Made by a program: the position numbers and the translations under genes. Source: Candidatus Micrarchaeota archaeon (GTDB lineage Archaea > Micrarchaeota > Micrarchaeia > Norongarragalinales > Norongarragalinaceae). Taken from it: DNA of 41,466 bases. Under the pieces are notes generated by a model that saw only the letters and a program-made list of their open reading frames with translations, searched no databases and was not told the origin of the DNA. The DNA is taken from contig CAYZDE010000003.1 in NCBI GenBank assembly GCA_964477205.1, positions 1 through 41,466 on the forward strand, in the 5' to 3' direction. Shown here piece by piece: positions 24,731 through 36,300 of this stretch (position 1 is its first letter; every line of letters begins with the position of its first letter).

Positions 24731-26455
24731 CTACTTTAATTGTAGCGCGTATAATGCCTCGGCTTCTTCCTGCGTGCTTGCTTGAGCCGGGCTCTTATCG
24801 TACCGAATGCGCACTAGGCGCGGGAAACGAAGCGCGAGCCCCTTGGAGCCAACGCGTGCAGCGGTGTGCATTTGGCTGCGGCTTAATTCATCCGCTTTTA
24901 CTTCAACTACCAGTTCGGGCTTAACCCATTCGTGCGGCTCGAGAAGCGAGTTCACTTCCCGCGGCTTTTTAGGCACTTTTAATTTACCCAAGTGCACGCT
25001 TAAATCCTTTAATTGCTCTTCGCTGAAGCCCGTACCTATTTTTGCTATTGTCTTAAATTCACTGCCGGCGCGAACCGCGGTTAGCAAACCGCCCAATCCC
25101 AATTTCGTGCGCTTGCCTTTGCCGTAATAATAGCCGACGACCACGGTGTCAAGCGTGTCCGCCAAGCCTTCCTTGTAAGACTTCTTTAGTTTAATCCACG
25201 CGAACTTGCGCGCGCCCGCAACGTATGGCGCTTTCAAGTCCTTGGCCATCACGCCTTCGAGGCCGCTCTCAACGCACTTGTTGAAGAAAGCTTCCAGCTC
25301 GGCCGCGGTCTTCACGCGCACGATTTTCGACAATCGAATAAGCCCTTTGCCTTGGATTATCGATTCGAGTTTCTTCCTGCGCGCCTCGAACAACTCGAGC
25401 GTGTAATCCGTCCCGTTCAAGTATAATAACTCGAATGCGAACACGCGTAATGGAATCTCTTTCGAGGTCTTTTGCACGCCGTGCTTTCTCTTGCGCTTCG
25501 CAGTTTCCTGGAACGGTTGGAAGCGGTTGGTTTCCTCGTCAAAGCCGATTGCCTCGCCCTCGAATATAACCTCGTTCGCCTTGACTTGCCAGAGCACCGC
25601 CTTCACTATATCCGGGAACATATGCGTAACATCCTCTTGCCTTCGCGAATAAATGCGAACCTCGTCCTTGCTCTTGTGCACTTGCACGCGCAACCCGTCG
25701 TATTTTCCGTCCGCCATGCATTCCCCCAGCTTGTCGATTATTGCCTTCGAGCTGGACATGCGCTCGCCTAATGCGGGCCTGATAGGGTTGAACGGCTTCG
25801 TCTTGAAAGCGAGAATCGCATTCATTCCCTTAGAGTAAAGCGTTTCAGCCACCAGGCCTAAGTCGCTCGTTAAATTGAATGCGCGCTCCAAGTCATTACG
25901 CAAGCTCTTGTCCTCGGCCTTGGCAAAAGAGAGAGCGTCGATGATGGTTGCATTGCCGACCCCGAGGCGCAAGCGGCCGGTAACGAATCGCGTTATCACT
26001 TTCGCCTCGTTGGGATTTGCATTCGACAGTAACTCCCCCAGCAAGCGCGCCTTCGCGGTGTGGCTTCCCGTCCCGCTCGCAGAGGCGATTCGCATTATGT
26101 TGCCGTACACTTTTTCAACGGTTAAGGCGAAGCTGCCCAGCGCTTTTTGCTTTCGCTCGCCTATCAACTTTGCGGCGGTTTCGCCCAAGTCCCCTGTTTT
26201 TCGGTAAGACGCTTCGACTTGCTTTATTGTGCGCCCGCTCACGCGGGCGATGGTGTTAATGCACGACTTCTCGGCGAGGCCCAAGTCAATGCCTTCGAAA
26301 GCGGGCTTCACCATCCCTTGTAAAAAGTAAACTATTTTACGGATTTCTACGCCTTTTGATTCCTCGAACAAGTTGGCTAGCTCGCGCGTCATCTCTAGCC
26401 GCGACGATTTTGCTTCAATAGAGTCGAACACGCTTGCGAGGCGCGAGAATTTCAT
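24731..26455 (-). CDS. lig: ATP-dependent DNA ligase
   Basis: Motif I KYDGLR, FEGE, EGVMAK, WIKLKK and ALRFPR. N-terminal DNA-binding domain. Confidence 0.97.
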   Translation of the reverse strand: MKFSRLASVFDSIEAKSSRLEMTRELANLFEESKGVEIRKIVYFLQGMVKPAFEGIDLGLAEKSCINTIARVSGRTIKQVEASYRKTGDLGETAAKLIGERKQKALGSFALTVEKVYGNIMRIASASGTGSHTAKARLLGELLSNANPNEAKVITRFVTGRLRLGVGNATIIDALSFAKAEDKSLRNDLERAFNLTSDLGLVAETLYSKGMNAILAFKTKPFNPIRPALGERMSSSKAIIDKLGECMADGKYDGLRVQVHKSKDEVRIYSRRQEDVTHMFPDIVKAVLWQVKANEVIFEGEAIGFDEETNRFQPFQETAKRKRKHGVQKTSKEIPLRVFAFELLYLNGTDYTLELFEARRKKLESIIQGKGLIRLSKIVRVKTAAELEAFFNKCVESGLEGVMAKDLKAPYVAGARKFAWIKLKKSYKEGLADTLDTVVVGYYYGKGKRTKLGLGGLLTAVRAGSEFKTIAKIGTGFSEEQLKDLSVHLGKLKVPKKPREVNSLLEPHEWVKPELVVEVKADELSRSQMHTAARVGSKGLALRFPRLVRIRYDKSPAQASTQEEAEALYALQLK

Positions 26456-29400
26456 TCGCCCGCAACCTCCAAGTCGCCTAAATCGTATTCAAGCGGGCTG
26501 CCCGCTTGGCTCTCGAACTCGGCGGTTAAGCCGTCAAGGCCTTGGTTCAAGTAAGAGGAAATCTCGGGGACTCCCGCGCCGGATAACAAGGATTGTAAGC
26601 CCGGCGCTGCCGGAGCGCACAATGCGTTAACTCCAAAGCGCATTATCGCGTATAACTTGTTATCGTGCGTGACCAGCTCGACGCGCGCTTCCTTTTGCTC
26701 GCAAACAGGCGCACAAATGCCTGCTTCGCCAATGCAAGTGACAATGGAAGTTTGCAGTGACGGCACGATTGCCGGAATGCTGTACAGTTCGCCCGAGTAG
26801 ACCGAGCACTCCCCGAGGGCAATAGCGCAAGCTGCTTTTACTCCCTTCACGTCCGAGTAAAAACTGGGAACGGGAATCGCCTTTGCGTTCTCTTCGGATA
26901 GCATTACAATGGATTCCATTGACGCGAATTCAGTGTGTATTATTCCCTCGGCGTCGCCGTGCATGAACCCGCATAATTCTTCACCGTTTAGCTTGAGCAC
27001 GCGCGCCGAATAATGCCAGGTCATTCCATCGGTACTCGACGCCTTTAATTCGAAAACAGCCGGATCTTCGTAGCCGCAATCGTTTTCCTCGACTTGAAAT
27101 CCCGCTTCCTCTAAACCGGCGAAACCGCCTTGGGTTAACTGCGCGGCCGCAGCGTATTCGAATTCTCCGGCTTCCAGAACTTCCAGCGGGCCGCGCTTGA
27201 ATTGCGTGCGGGCAGCCAAGCCCGCGGCTTCACTCTTGAATGCCTCGGCCATTCCCTCTAGCGCCGAGGGAGTGCACCATTCCTTCGAACAGCAGTCCGT
27301 GCTTGAGCATGATTCGACTCTCTCTCCGAGCCGTGACTTACCATCGAAGAACCCTTTCCTTTCCTGGTATTTCAAAACCGCGACTTCTTTTTCCCCTTCC
27401 ATTACGGTCATTTCGCCTGGCCCACCCCAATCAAGCGCTTTTACTCCCGGACCGCCGAAAGCGAATTCCTTTTCATTCACTTGCACGAAGCGTGAGCCCA
27501 GCTGCTTCCATTCAATTAAATAATATAGTGCCGCCGTGTTGTCGCCCCCGCCGTTCTCAGGCATGGCCCTAAACGATTCCTCAAAGCGTGATTCCAACTC
27601 GATTGGAATTTCAACTCGCGAATCCTTCACGCAAGCCCCTGTAATTATCACGCGGGCCGAGTCATCCGACTGCAGTTCATTTGCTTGCACTTTAATCGTG
27701 CACGCCGGGTTGTAATCTCCGGATTTGAACCAGGCATAACCGCTTTCGATTCCATAACAGTGCTCGGTTCCATTCTTGCTTTCAATTGCATAAGCGAGTT
27801 CGCATTCAGCGTCTAAAGAGAAAGGCACCGCATCGGCAGGGAACACCGCGTCGGCTTGAAATAATATTTTTTCAACGCTAGACTTCAACTCTCCGCCTTC
27901 CACCCAAAAGCTCGCATTGCCGCTCGGCAAGGTCGGCTCTTGAACCGGCGCGCTCTCAAACTCTATTGATTGGAATTCCACATAATGCGCTTTAGCATAA
28001 CAACCGGCTTTTATTCCTACTGCTTCCAAGCCCAATTTTGCGTCGAACGGGTCGCGTTCCCATTCCCCGTTGATTATCGAGTAGCCGCGGTAGTGCAATC
28101 CTATTGTTCCCGCTCCGTCAACGCGCACCTTGAATTCCAGGGTTTTGGCTGCAGCGGCCCCAAAGCGCGAGTCAACCCAATTGAACCCGTTGTTTATCGC
28201 GATTGCATTATCCTGTAACAAGCCCTCGCAGTAATCCTTCGCCTCCCCGTAAAAAGAAGACCTCTCGACTTTTTCGCCTATCGGGTAATCGGTTATTACC
28301 GCGTTGCCTTCCACGCGAAGGAAAACGCCGGCTTCGCCTTCGTTGCCAGAAGGCTCTAAGTAAAATTTTATTGAATACTCTTCGCCGGCCGATAGTTCCT
28401 CTAAGCTATCCCCTTTTGAATTGAAAACTCCGAGTAAGGTTATCGAGGTTTTTGCAACGGAACTCGACTTTTTCATTTGAATGGGAAGGCTCTCGACCTC
28501 GTTCTCTTGCAGGGCACGCATTGCCTCTACAACGCGCAAGTAGCCGATTGCCTCGGCGGTCACGATTGATTTTGTTCCGGCGCGCACTTCAAACGAGCCC
28601 TTGCTCCCGCTTCCGACGATTTTCCCATCTTGCGTTATTGTGAACAAGGCGTTAACGCTCTTGTTCTCCGAGTCGAAAGCGTTCAAGTTAACGAACGCGG
28701 GCCTTGACTCGAATTCAAATGACAACGAGGATTTTGATTTCAAGTTCACTTCGGCCGCCTTGCGGTTGCCTTCCCTAACCGCGGTTACCGAGTAATTTCC
28801 GGCCGGCAACTCGAACCGCGCTTCTCCTTTACTCTCAACCATTGCGGCAGCGGCGCGGCCGCTTGCCTCGTTAATTTTTATTGCCGATTGTTCGGGCGTG
28901 CCCGAGTCATCCATGGTTAAGACGATTAATTCAATTCCTTCTTGAATGAACGCGACTTGCGCGCTCCCGCCCGCCTTGAAAACCGGGCTCGATAAGTAAT
29001 GCCCTTTCCTTTCGGCAATAAAGTAGTATTCGCCGCTCTCTTCGCCGGAAAAGTAAGCGGTTCCATTCGATTCAATGCTGGACAAAGCGTAATCCGGTTG
29101 AGCGTAAATAGTTAAGTTGCATTCCAGTTGCTCTTGCGCTGGGCCGATGCAGCGCATTTCACTAATTGCGCTTTTGCTTGCATAATTCAATTCCAAATCG
29201 AACATTGTATACCCGCCTAGCTCTTTCGGGTTGTCGGAACCGTCGAATAATGCATATTCTTCGGCTTCGATTATTGTAAACGCGATTGCCCCTTTGCGCA
29301 GGCCGTTGATTGCACAAGCGCCGCTTTCCAATTGGCAAGACCCGAGCTCCACGGAAGACTCGAAGTCGAGTAGGCGCGCTTCCCCGTCCACTGGCTCGCC

Positions 29401-29829
29401 TTCGGGACCAATGGCCGTAAACGCAACAATTGCGCTCTCGAATTCAGCGTAAGACGCGATCGAATGCTTTTTTGCTTCAAGCGCCACGGTTGCCTCTCCG
29501 CGCGTTGGAATCAAGCTGAACACTTGGCTTTCGAAGCCTTCCTTCCTGACCGTAATCGAGATTATGCCGGATTCATTCAAATGCATTTCCAGTACGCCGT
29601 CGGAACCGGAATGCCCGCTTCCCTTGCTGCTGCGAATCGAATAATTAACGAGTGCGCCCTGCACCGGCGTGGAGTTCTCGTCGATTATTTTCAAGGCGAA
29701 TGCCCCTGAATAGAAAACCGTAGCATTTTCTTCGGGTTCGGCTTCGCCCTCTTGCATTAGTGAATAAGCAGCCAAAACCAAAGCTGCCGCGAGTATTACT
29801 AATGCGATTTTTTCCGTGGTAATGCGCAT
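26452..29829 (-). CDS. Large membrane-anchored surface protein with carboxypeptidase-regulatory-like beta-sandwich repeats
   Basis: N-terminal TM helix and repeated D....PV.GA.V...G...V.K.G[FY] units. ATG 29829 preferred. Stop overlaps the ligase start (ATGA). Confidence 0.8.
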   Translation of the reverse strand: MRITTEKIALVILAAALVLAAYSLMQEGEAEPEENATVFYSGAFALKIIDENSTPVQGALVNYSIRSSKGSGHSGSDGVLEMHLNESGIISITVRKEGFESQVFSLIPTRGEATVALEAKKHSIASYAEFESAIVAFTAIGPEGEPVDGEARLLDFESSVELGSCQLESGACAINGLRKGAIAFTIIEAEEYALFDGSDNPKELGGYTMFDLELNYASKSAISEMRCIGPAQEQLECNLTIYAQPDYALSSIESNGTAYFSGEESGEYYFIAERKGHYLSSPVFKAGGSAQVAFIQEGIELIVLTMDDSGTPEQSAIKINEASGRAAAAMVESKGEARFELPAGNYSVTAVREGNRKAAEVNLKSKSSLSFEFESRPAFVNLNAFDSENKSVNALFTITQDGKIVGSGSKGSFEVRAGTKSIVTAEAIGYLRVVEAMRALQENEVESLPIQMKKSSSVAKTSITLLGVFNSKGDSLEELSAGEEYSIKFYLEPSGNEGEAGVFLRVEGNAVITDYPIGEKVERSSFYGEAKDYCEGLLQDNAIAINNGFNWVDSRFGAAAAKTLEFKVRVDGAGTIGLHYRGYSIINGEWERDPFDAKLGLEAVGIKAGCYAKAHYVEFQSIEFESAPVQEPTLPSGNASFWVEGGELKSSVEKILFQADAVFPADAVPFSLDAECELAYAIESKNGTEHCYGIESGYAWFKSGDYNPACTIKVQANELQSDDSARVIITGACVKDSRVEIPIELESRFEESFRAMPENGGGDNTAALYYLIEWKQLGSRFVQVNEKEFAFGGPGVKALDWGGPGEMTVMEGEKEVAVLKYQERKGFFDGKSRLGERVESCSSTDCCSKEWCTPSALEGMAEAFKSEAAGLAARTQFKRGPLEVLEAGEFEYAAAAQLTQGGFAGLEEAGFQVEENDCGYEDPAVFELKASSTDGMTWHYSARVLKLNGEELCGFMHGDAEGIIHTEFASMESIVMLSEENAKAIPVPSFYSDVKGVKAACAIALGECSVYSGELYSIPAIVPSLQTSIVTCIGEAGICAPVCEQKEARVELVTHDNKLYAIMRFGVNALCAPAAPGLQSLLSGAGVPEISSYLNQGLDGLTAEFESQAGSPLEYDLGDLEVAGE

Positions 29830-29855
29830 ATTCCCAATTATTACCCCGTGCGTTC

Positions 29856-30302
29856 TTAAAATGGTTTGATTACGCCATCTGAGAGCAAGTGGCTTGCGTA
29901 AGCAGAGCCGCCGAGTAAGGCGCTTTCCCAACCCATTACCATGCCCGCCCCTAAAGTGAATAATGTGAGTGCGGCTAGCGAGTGAGTGAACCCGCGGTGC
30001 CTAGGCTTCAATAAGAAGGCGAGGGCAACTGAAGCAAGGCCAGCACCGAAAGCAATTGTTATTGACTCGGCGAGACCATAATGCGGCCTCGCAATTTGAA
30101 ACCCTATTACCGCAACGCAACCGAATACTACTACTAATACCGCTTTGAACAGCTTGCTCTTTCGGTGGTCGATGTCCGGCGCGAGCGCGCCCAATGAAGC
30201 GATTGCAACTGTTGGCAGCGAGAATTCGATTCCCGGAGCGAAAAGCCCTGCAGCAACTGCTGCGACTGCGAGGCCTAATAATAAGTGGGGTAAAGCGTTC
30301 AT
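29856..30302 (-). CDS. Membrane-bound metal-dependent hydrolase (YdjM family)
   Basis: N-terminal His, APDIDH, HRGFTHS and SHLLSD motifs in a multi-TM protein. Confidence 0.85.
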   Translation of the reverse strand: MNALPHLLLGLAVAAVAAGLFAPGIEFSLPTVAIASLGALAPDIDHRKSKLFKAVLVVVFGCVAVIGFQIARPHYGLAESITIAFGAGLASVALAFLLKPRHRGFTHSLAALTLFTLGAGMVMGWESALLGGSAYASHLLSDGVIKPF

Positions 30303-30362
30303 TATGTGTGATTAAAGCAAGTAAAACTACTTTTTTATACCTAGTTGAGCCTATTTCCTAGT

Positions 30363-33300
30363 ATGGGGATTCTTGATTCAGTGCGCGAAGGCGCCGCATC
30401 TTTTTACACTTCAATAGAGGAGAAATACTACTCTTTGATGGAAGGACTGCAGGAGCGTGGCTTACCGGCCGTTGACTGGTTTGTTAGCCCCTTGGAAAAC
30501 AAGGGAATCCCGTCGCTACCCGCCGCGGTTCTGTTAATACTGTTATTATGCTTTGGAGTGTTCCTAGCGTTCGCGCAACCGGGTGCGTCCACTCTTCAAG
30601 TGTTCGTTTCCTCATCCGGCGCCCCGATTGCCGGAGCCGAGGTAATCGTTTACTCGGGCAGCCAAGAGTATTCCGCCTTGACGGACGCAGAGGGAATCGC
30701 TAGTTTCGAGTCGATTGAGCAAAGAGAAGGCGCGCTCGTAAGGGTTTCAAAAGCAGGGTATTCGACCGAGAGCGAGTCAATAGACTTAACCGGCAACGAT
30801 TCAATTTCACTGTCCCTCTCCACTGAATCACAACCGCAAATTACGGTTTTCGTTTCGGATGCGGAAGGCAACCCGGTTGGCGGGGCGCTCGTAAGCTTCG
30901 TGGACCCGAGCACCGCGCAACCATTGGAAGTTACCACGGACGCTACCGGCACTGCTTATTTATCCTTCGCGGACGAGAACGACTTGTTCAACGTGCGCGT
31001 GTCCCGCGGCGGGTTCGTTTCCGAGCGCGTGACTTGCTTTGCTTCACAAAATTACTGTGAAATAAAGCTCGAGTCAGAGTCGGGGTCGGGCTCAGGTTCC
31101 GGCGGGTCAATGGAACCCTCCGGCGCGGTTCTCATTACCGTGAAGGACGAGTCGGGCTCGCCTTTGGAAGGGTTGGTTACCCTAATGGACGCTAATTCCT
31201 TGAATATTATCTCGGTTAAGGAGACTCAAGCCGACGGCACGGCCTTTTTCCAAGGGATTACCACGGGCCTCTCGGTTTACCTGCTAGTCGAGCCGTCGAA
31301 CCCGAATTACCTGGGTTACAACGGCGGCCTAGCCGGCGACTACCAAACCGTAGCACCCTCGCAAACAGTTGAATTCATCGTCGCCCTGGAGCCTAAAGCA
31401 CAGGGCTCGTCAAAGCAAATCCGCATTACCGTAATCGACTCTGACAACGAGCCGATTAAGGGCGCTTCAGTCAAGCTTTACTCCCTTGAAAGCCAACTCA
31501 CTCTCCTCGACTGGGAGGAAACGGATACCGCAGGGGAAGTGGTATTCGAAGTGCAGGACGGCATCCTCGCTTACGCCTCTATTTACGCTGACGGCTATTT
31601 GCCTCACGTGGAGCGCACCATAGTGCCCGGCGACTCGAAAACCATTCAACTCGAGTCACTCGCCGCCGGCAATAATGCGCTATTGAAAGGTTTAGTGTAC
31701 GACGCGGACGGAGAGCCGGTGCAAAAAGCGCGCGTTTACGCGCTCACTTCCGACGGCTTCGCCCTCGGCGTCCCGTTCGCAGAGACCCTTGAAGACGGCT
31801 CCGTTATCTTAGACCACCTTCCATTTCAAGAATTACGCTTGCGCGCGGTAAAGGGTTCGGCTCACGGCGCGAGTGACGCATTCACGCCCACAGGCGAAGA
31901 CGATTTCGAGGTGATAGTGGAACTAGAGCCAACTTACGGCTTCGTGCACGCAAAGGCAGTTGACGCTTCCGAATTAGGCGAGACCGTGAACGCATTGTTC
32001 GAAGCGACAATAGACGGGGAAGTGCAAGCATCGTGCCAAGCCGAGGAAGGAGAGTGCACGCTTGAAGTGCGCTCTAACAAGCAAGTATTCGTCAAGGCCA
32101 CGGCCTCGGGCTACGCCGACTCTTATTCCGAGGGATTCACAATTGCAACCGGCCAAACGCGCCATCAGGAAATTCCAATGGTTCCTACATCGATGGCGAA
32201 CCAATTAACGATAATAAACTTCACGATGCGCGACTCCGACACGGGCGTTCTAGTTCAAGACCTAGAGCGCGGCAATTACTATGATGCGGTTCTCACTGTG
32301 AACCTCCCGTCGGGAGCGGACAAGAGCGGCTTTTACTTGCGCGTTGGCGACGATGAAACCGTGGAATCAGGGGCCGCGTTAATAACTTATTATACCGCGC
32401 CCGAAGGCGCGGAAGTCACTTTTGGCTCTGATTACTACGCGAACGCTTCATGCGATTACTGGGAGCAAGGTGACGATGAGCACAAGTGGCTCAATTTTGA
32501 ATTCGAGGACGGCTTCGGAGTGCGCGCTTTGAGCGCGCGCGTTTTCGTGCGCCCGACGGCCACTAAAAACGACGAGGCAGTGTTCCACTACCGCGCTTAC
32601 GCGGAGAAGAACAACTTATGGTACCGAAACCCAATTGACGAGGAATTGAATTACTCCGAGTCAATCCCCGGGAAAGAGTATTGCCACGCGGAAACCACGA
32701 CGAGCGAGTATGCAATAACGCAAGGCAGCACCTCGTGCAATGAAAACGCTTGCCTATCAATAACCCTTGAAAAGAACGGCGACTACTACGCGAACGCGTT
32801 GGACGTGCCGATCGGCCACTCATTCAGCGTCCTCCTAGACGCGAGCTTTTACTCTGCATCGGATTACCCGCTGCTAACCGTGCGCGCACCGAATGAGCAA
32901 GTGATATTCCAGCAGGCGTTCTTTTCTAATTCAACAGTGCAAGTAAACGACTATGAGTTTACCCGTGCACTAGAACTCAATGATTACGGCTACAGTGCTT
33001 CCGGCTCCTTAAGCGCTATTGCCGCGGTCCCGTCGGATTACGCGCGCCTAACTTTCCAGCTCAGCGACGAGCAGGGAGTAATCCTTAATGCAGAGCGCTT
33101 CGTTGTCGTGAGCGGCACCGGCGAGTTAACTCTCGGAGCCTCTCCAATGCAATTAATTGCGAATGATGACTCGGACTTAATGCTCGAGTTGTATTCGGGA
33201 ACCCTTTCCATCGAGGACGCGCGCCTTGAAATCGAGGAGACTGAAGGCGCGCCGTTCAACGGCCTGCAAAACGGCGACTATTACTTAATAGGCGACGGCT

Positions 33301-36300
33301 CACTCGGCAACGGCGCTAACGGCGAGTACGAATTCGAGGACTTGCACCCGGTTTCGCCCGGAAAATTCCGCGTCATAGCGACTCGCGATGACTACGCGGA
33401 AGCGAGCATTGAAATCAGCGTTATCGCCAATGATTACTTGTCATTCAACCCGGACGCCTCGTCGCTAATCGTTCCCTGCACCGGCCTTTCATTGGAAGTC
33501 TCGAACGACCTCCTCGTTGACGCGTTGGTCACGACGGCATTCACGGATTCAGCCTGCATTACACTAACCGGCCCCGCCATTACGAACGAAGGCAACCACA
33601 CTTACTCGTTTAATGTTCCTAAAAAAGATTCAACCATACTATTCCTTGAGCCTTTGAAGAACGAGGATTGCTACCTCGCGTTCAACTCCGTACTCGAGGC
33701 TAGCGGCTCGGCTTTTTCGAAGACCGCTTGGGTGCGCGTTGACTGCAGCGAGTTGAACCCGACTCCTTCGCCGACCGCGCAAGCCAGTGAATGCTCTTCA
33801 GCTGACTGCGGGGCGTGCACCGAGGCAGAGTGCCTGCAATTAACCGGCTACTGCCAACCGGAGTACATTACCCTGCCCGATGGCAACCAGTCATTCCAAG
33901 GATGCATTCCCTTTGAAACAGTGGAGCCAACATGCTCTCCAGCGAATTGCTCTTATTGTAATGAAGCCGAGTGCGCCCAGTACGCCGAGTGCGAGGTATC
34001 CTACGCTTCCGGCTCGTTCGAGTGCCTGCAAGCGCAGCCTTTGGATTGTTCGCCGGGTAACTTTGACTTCTCGAACATGCTCGCGCGCAGACTCGGCCAA
34101 TACCACGCGAACTCACTCTTTAATCCGACGCTTGACAATATGCGCATTGCTTCTAGCGCGAGCAACCAAATAATGATTTCATCTTACGGCTACGCGTTCA
34201 CCGCGGGAGGCGTGGGTTGCACCCAGGAAGGAAACACGCTCTCGTGCGCGAAGCCCATTAACGCAATGTTCCCTGTGAACGGAATGGTCATCTCTATTCA
34301 AACAACTGCAATGCAAAACATCGACGTACTCGTCCATGACGAAAACGAAACCGGCTGCTTCGAGTTCGCAGAAGTGCACGGCGAAACGCGCTGGGGATTA
34401 AGCCGCCTCGCCGACGAGCTCAAGAGCGCATTACAAAAAACTATTTCCACTATTACCCTCTCGCCTGAGTCGCCGTACAAGACTTACTTAATAGTGTTCG
34501 ACGGCACGAATCCGGATTGCGTTGACTACGCGTGGGATAACGGCTTGAAGATGACGCCCAAGGAAGGCAAGGACACCTTGTCACTAAAGATTCAGCCCGC
34601 CGGTTACGCCGGATGGGGTGCAACGGGAAGCGCTTTCGTGAACTTAAAGGTAGTAGCCGAGGACTTCGACAATAAGGCATCGCAATACGCTTTGTTCGCG
34701 GTTCCCGCGCACGGAGACATAAAGGCGAACGAGCCGGTGTTCCTCACCGCGAACATGTTTGACACGACCACCACGATTAAAGGTGATGGCTTGCGCGTGA
34801 ACGGCGTCGCTACCTCCAATGAAATAAACTTGGGTGAAGCGGGAATGGCGTTCATCGAACCAGAGTCCGAGCAGTTCACTGTAACAGTTAATAAAGTGCC
34901 CGGCACCTTCGCCTTCAACTCATTCGAATCGACGGGAACATTCCAGGATTGGGTGCTCGGAATGCTCAATAACCAAGCGCTAACGCAAGCATCAACTACG
35001 CAGGAAGGCACTGAAGAAGGGGAATCAGAGGTAACATTGCCGTCGGCTACGGAAAGCGGATTGTTCTCGGTTTCCTTTGAGAACAAGGGAAGCGAAGAAG
35101 CCGAAGACGCTGTACTAGGCGGTTCAGTGCCCGGCGGCCTCGCTTGCAGCGGCACCAAGTGGTGCACTCCCGAGCAAGCCGAGCTCGCGGCTGAGGAAGT
35201 TGCCAAGGACTTACAGGAATTATACGGAGACTTCTATGAGAGCTTGGACAAAGTGGACTCGTCCGGAATCGTTGACGGTTCAACCGGAATATTCGAGCAA
35301 GCACTCAACGACGCGATGAACGATTACATCGGCAAGCAAGCGCAGTACCAAGCATGCAAGCAACTCGGCTTTAACCCGCTCACCCAGTTACAAGAGGATT
35401 GCGCGGAAGCATACTTCGGCCCGGGCTTGAACGCGAATCCGACCTCGTTCCAAGATCCGAATTACCCGTCACTCATCGCCCCGGTGCCGCAGACTTGGCA
35501 GGCACCGCAAGGATTCGGCGGCGTTTACGGAGACGCTTTTAGTCAAACCGCTTGCAACACGGAATTAATGAATTACGCTTTCGGCTCTTCACAGGCAGTC
35601 GGCTCGATGGGGCAAAACTTCTGGGGAACTTTCACCGGCCAAGTCACTACCGGTTTAACTCCTTACTCGGCTGAAGTCGCTTCCGGCGAGCCCATATTCT
35701 CAATGGACGGGCTCATCGTAATCATTCCAATGAAAGTCGCGGGCGTTGGAATAGTCCCGTACGCTTTCTCGTTCGATGAAACGCAAGCCCGAGCTCGCTT
35801 CGAGCGCAGCGAGTGGGTGAAAATCGGAGGCATTAACACTTTCATGGGTGGACCCGTTTACAGCCCGCGCCTTGGAAGCGTGCAATCCTTTTCGAACAAT
35901 CTAGCGCCTACTGCGCCGGCTTGGTATCAAAACGCGGGCGCGCTACCACTTCCGTATGCTGATGGAGAATACGGCATTGAATTCACGAGCGAAGTGAACT
36001 TGTACACTCTCAACAAGTACCCATTGATAATCGAGGAAGGCGCTTGCCCTGAATGCAAATACTGGGCGCAAACGCAGTTGCCGGAAGGCGGCTTGTTCCA
36101 AGGCGAAGCTCCAAGCTACCCGACCATTTACATACTTGAAGGGACCAGTTCCGGAGTAACATTAAATGGCGATTCGGTTCTTGTTGGCAGCGATGCTAAC
36201 TCGCAAGCAATACTCGCGTGCTTACTCGACGATGACAAGGCATTCAATGGAGAAACGGATTCAAACCTCTATGCGATTACTTGCGTTTCGGAGTCGTGCA

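Noticed and set aside
29830-29931. ORF-track N-terminal extensions (also 5871-5978, 11593-11766, 37760-37789)
   Set aside because: They overlap neighbouring genes and precede better-placed ATG starts.
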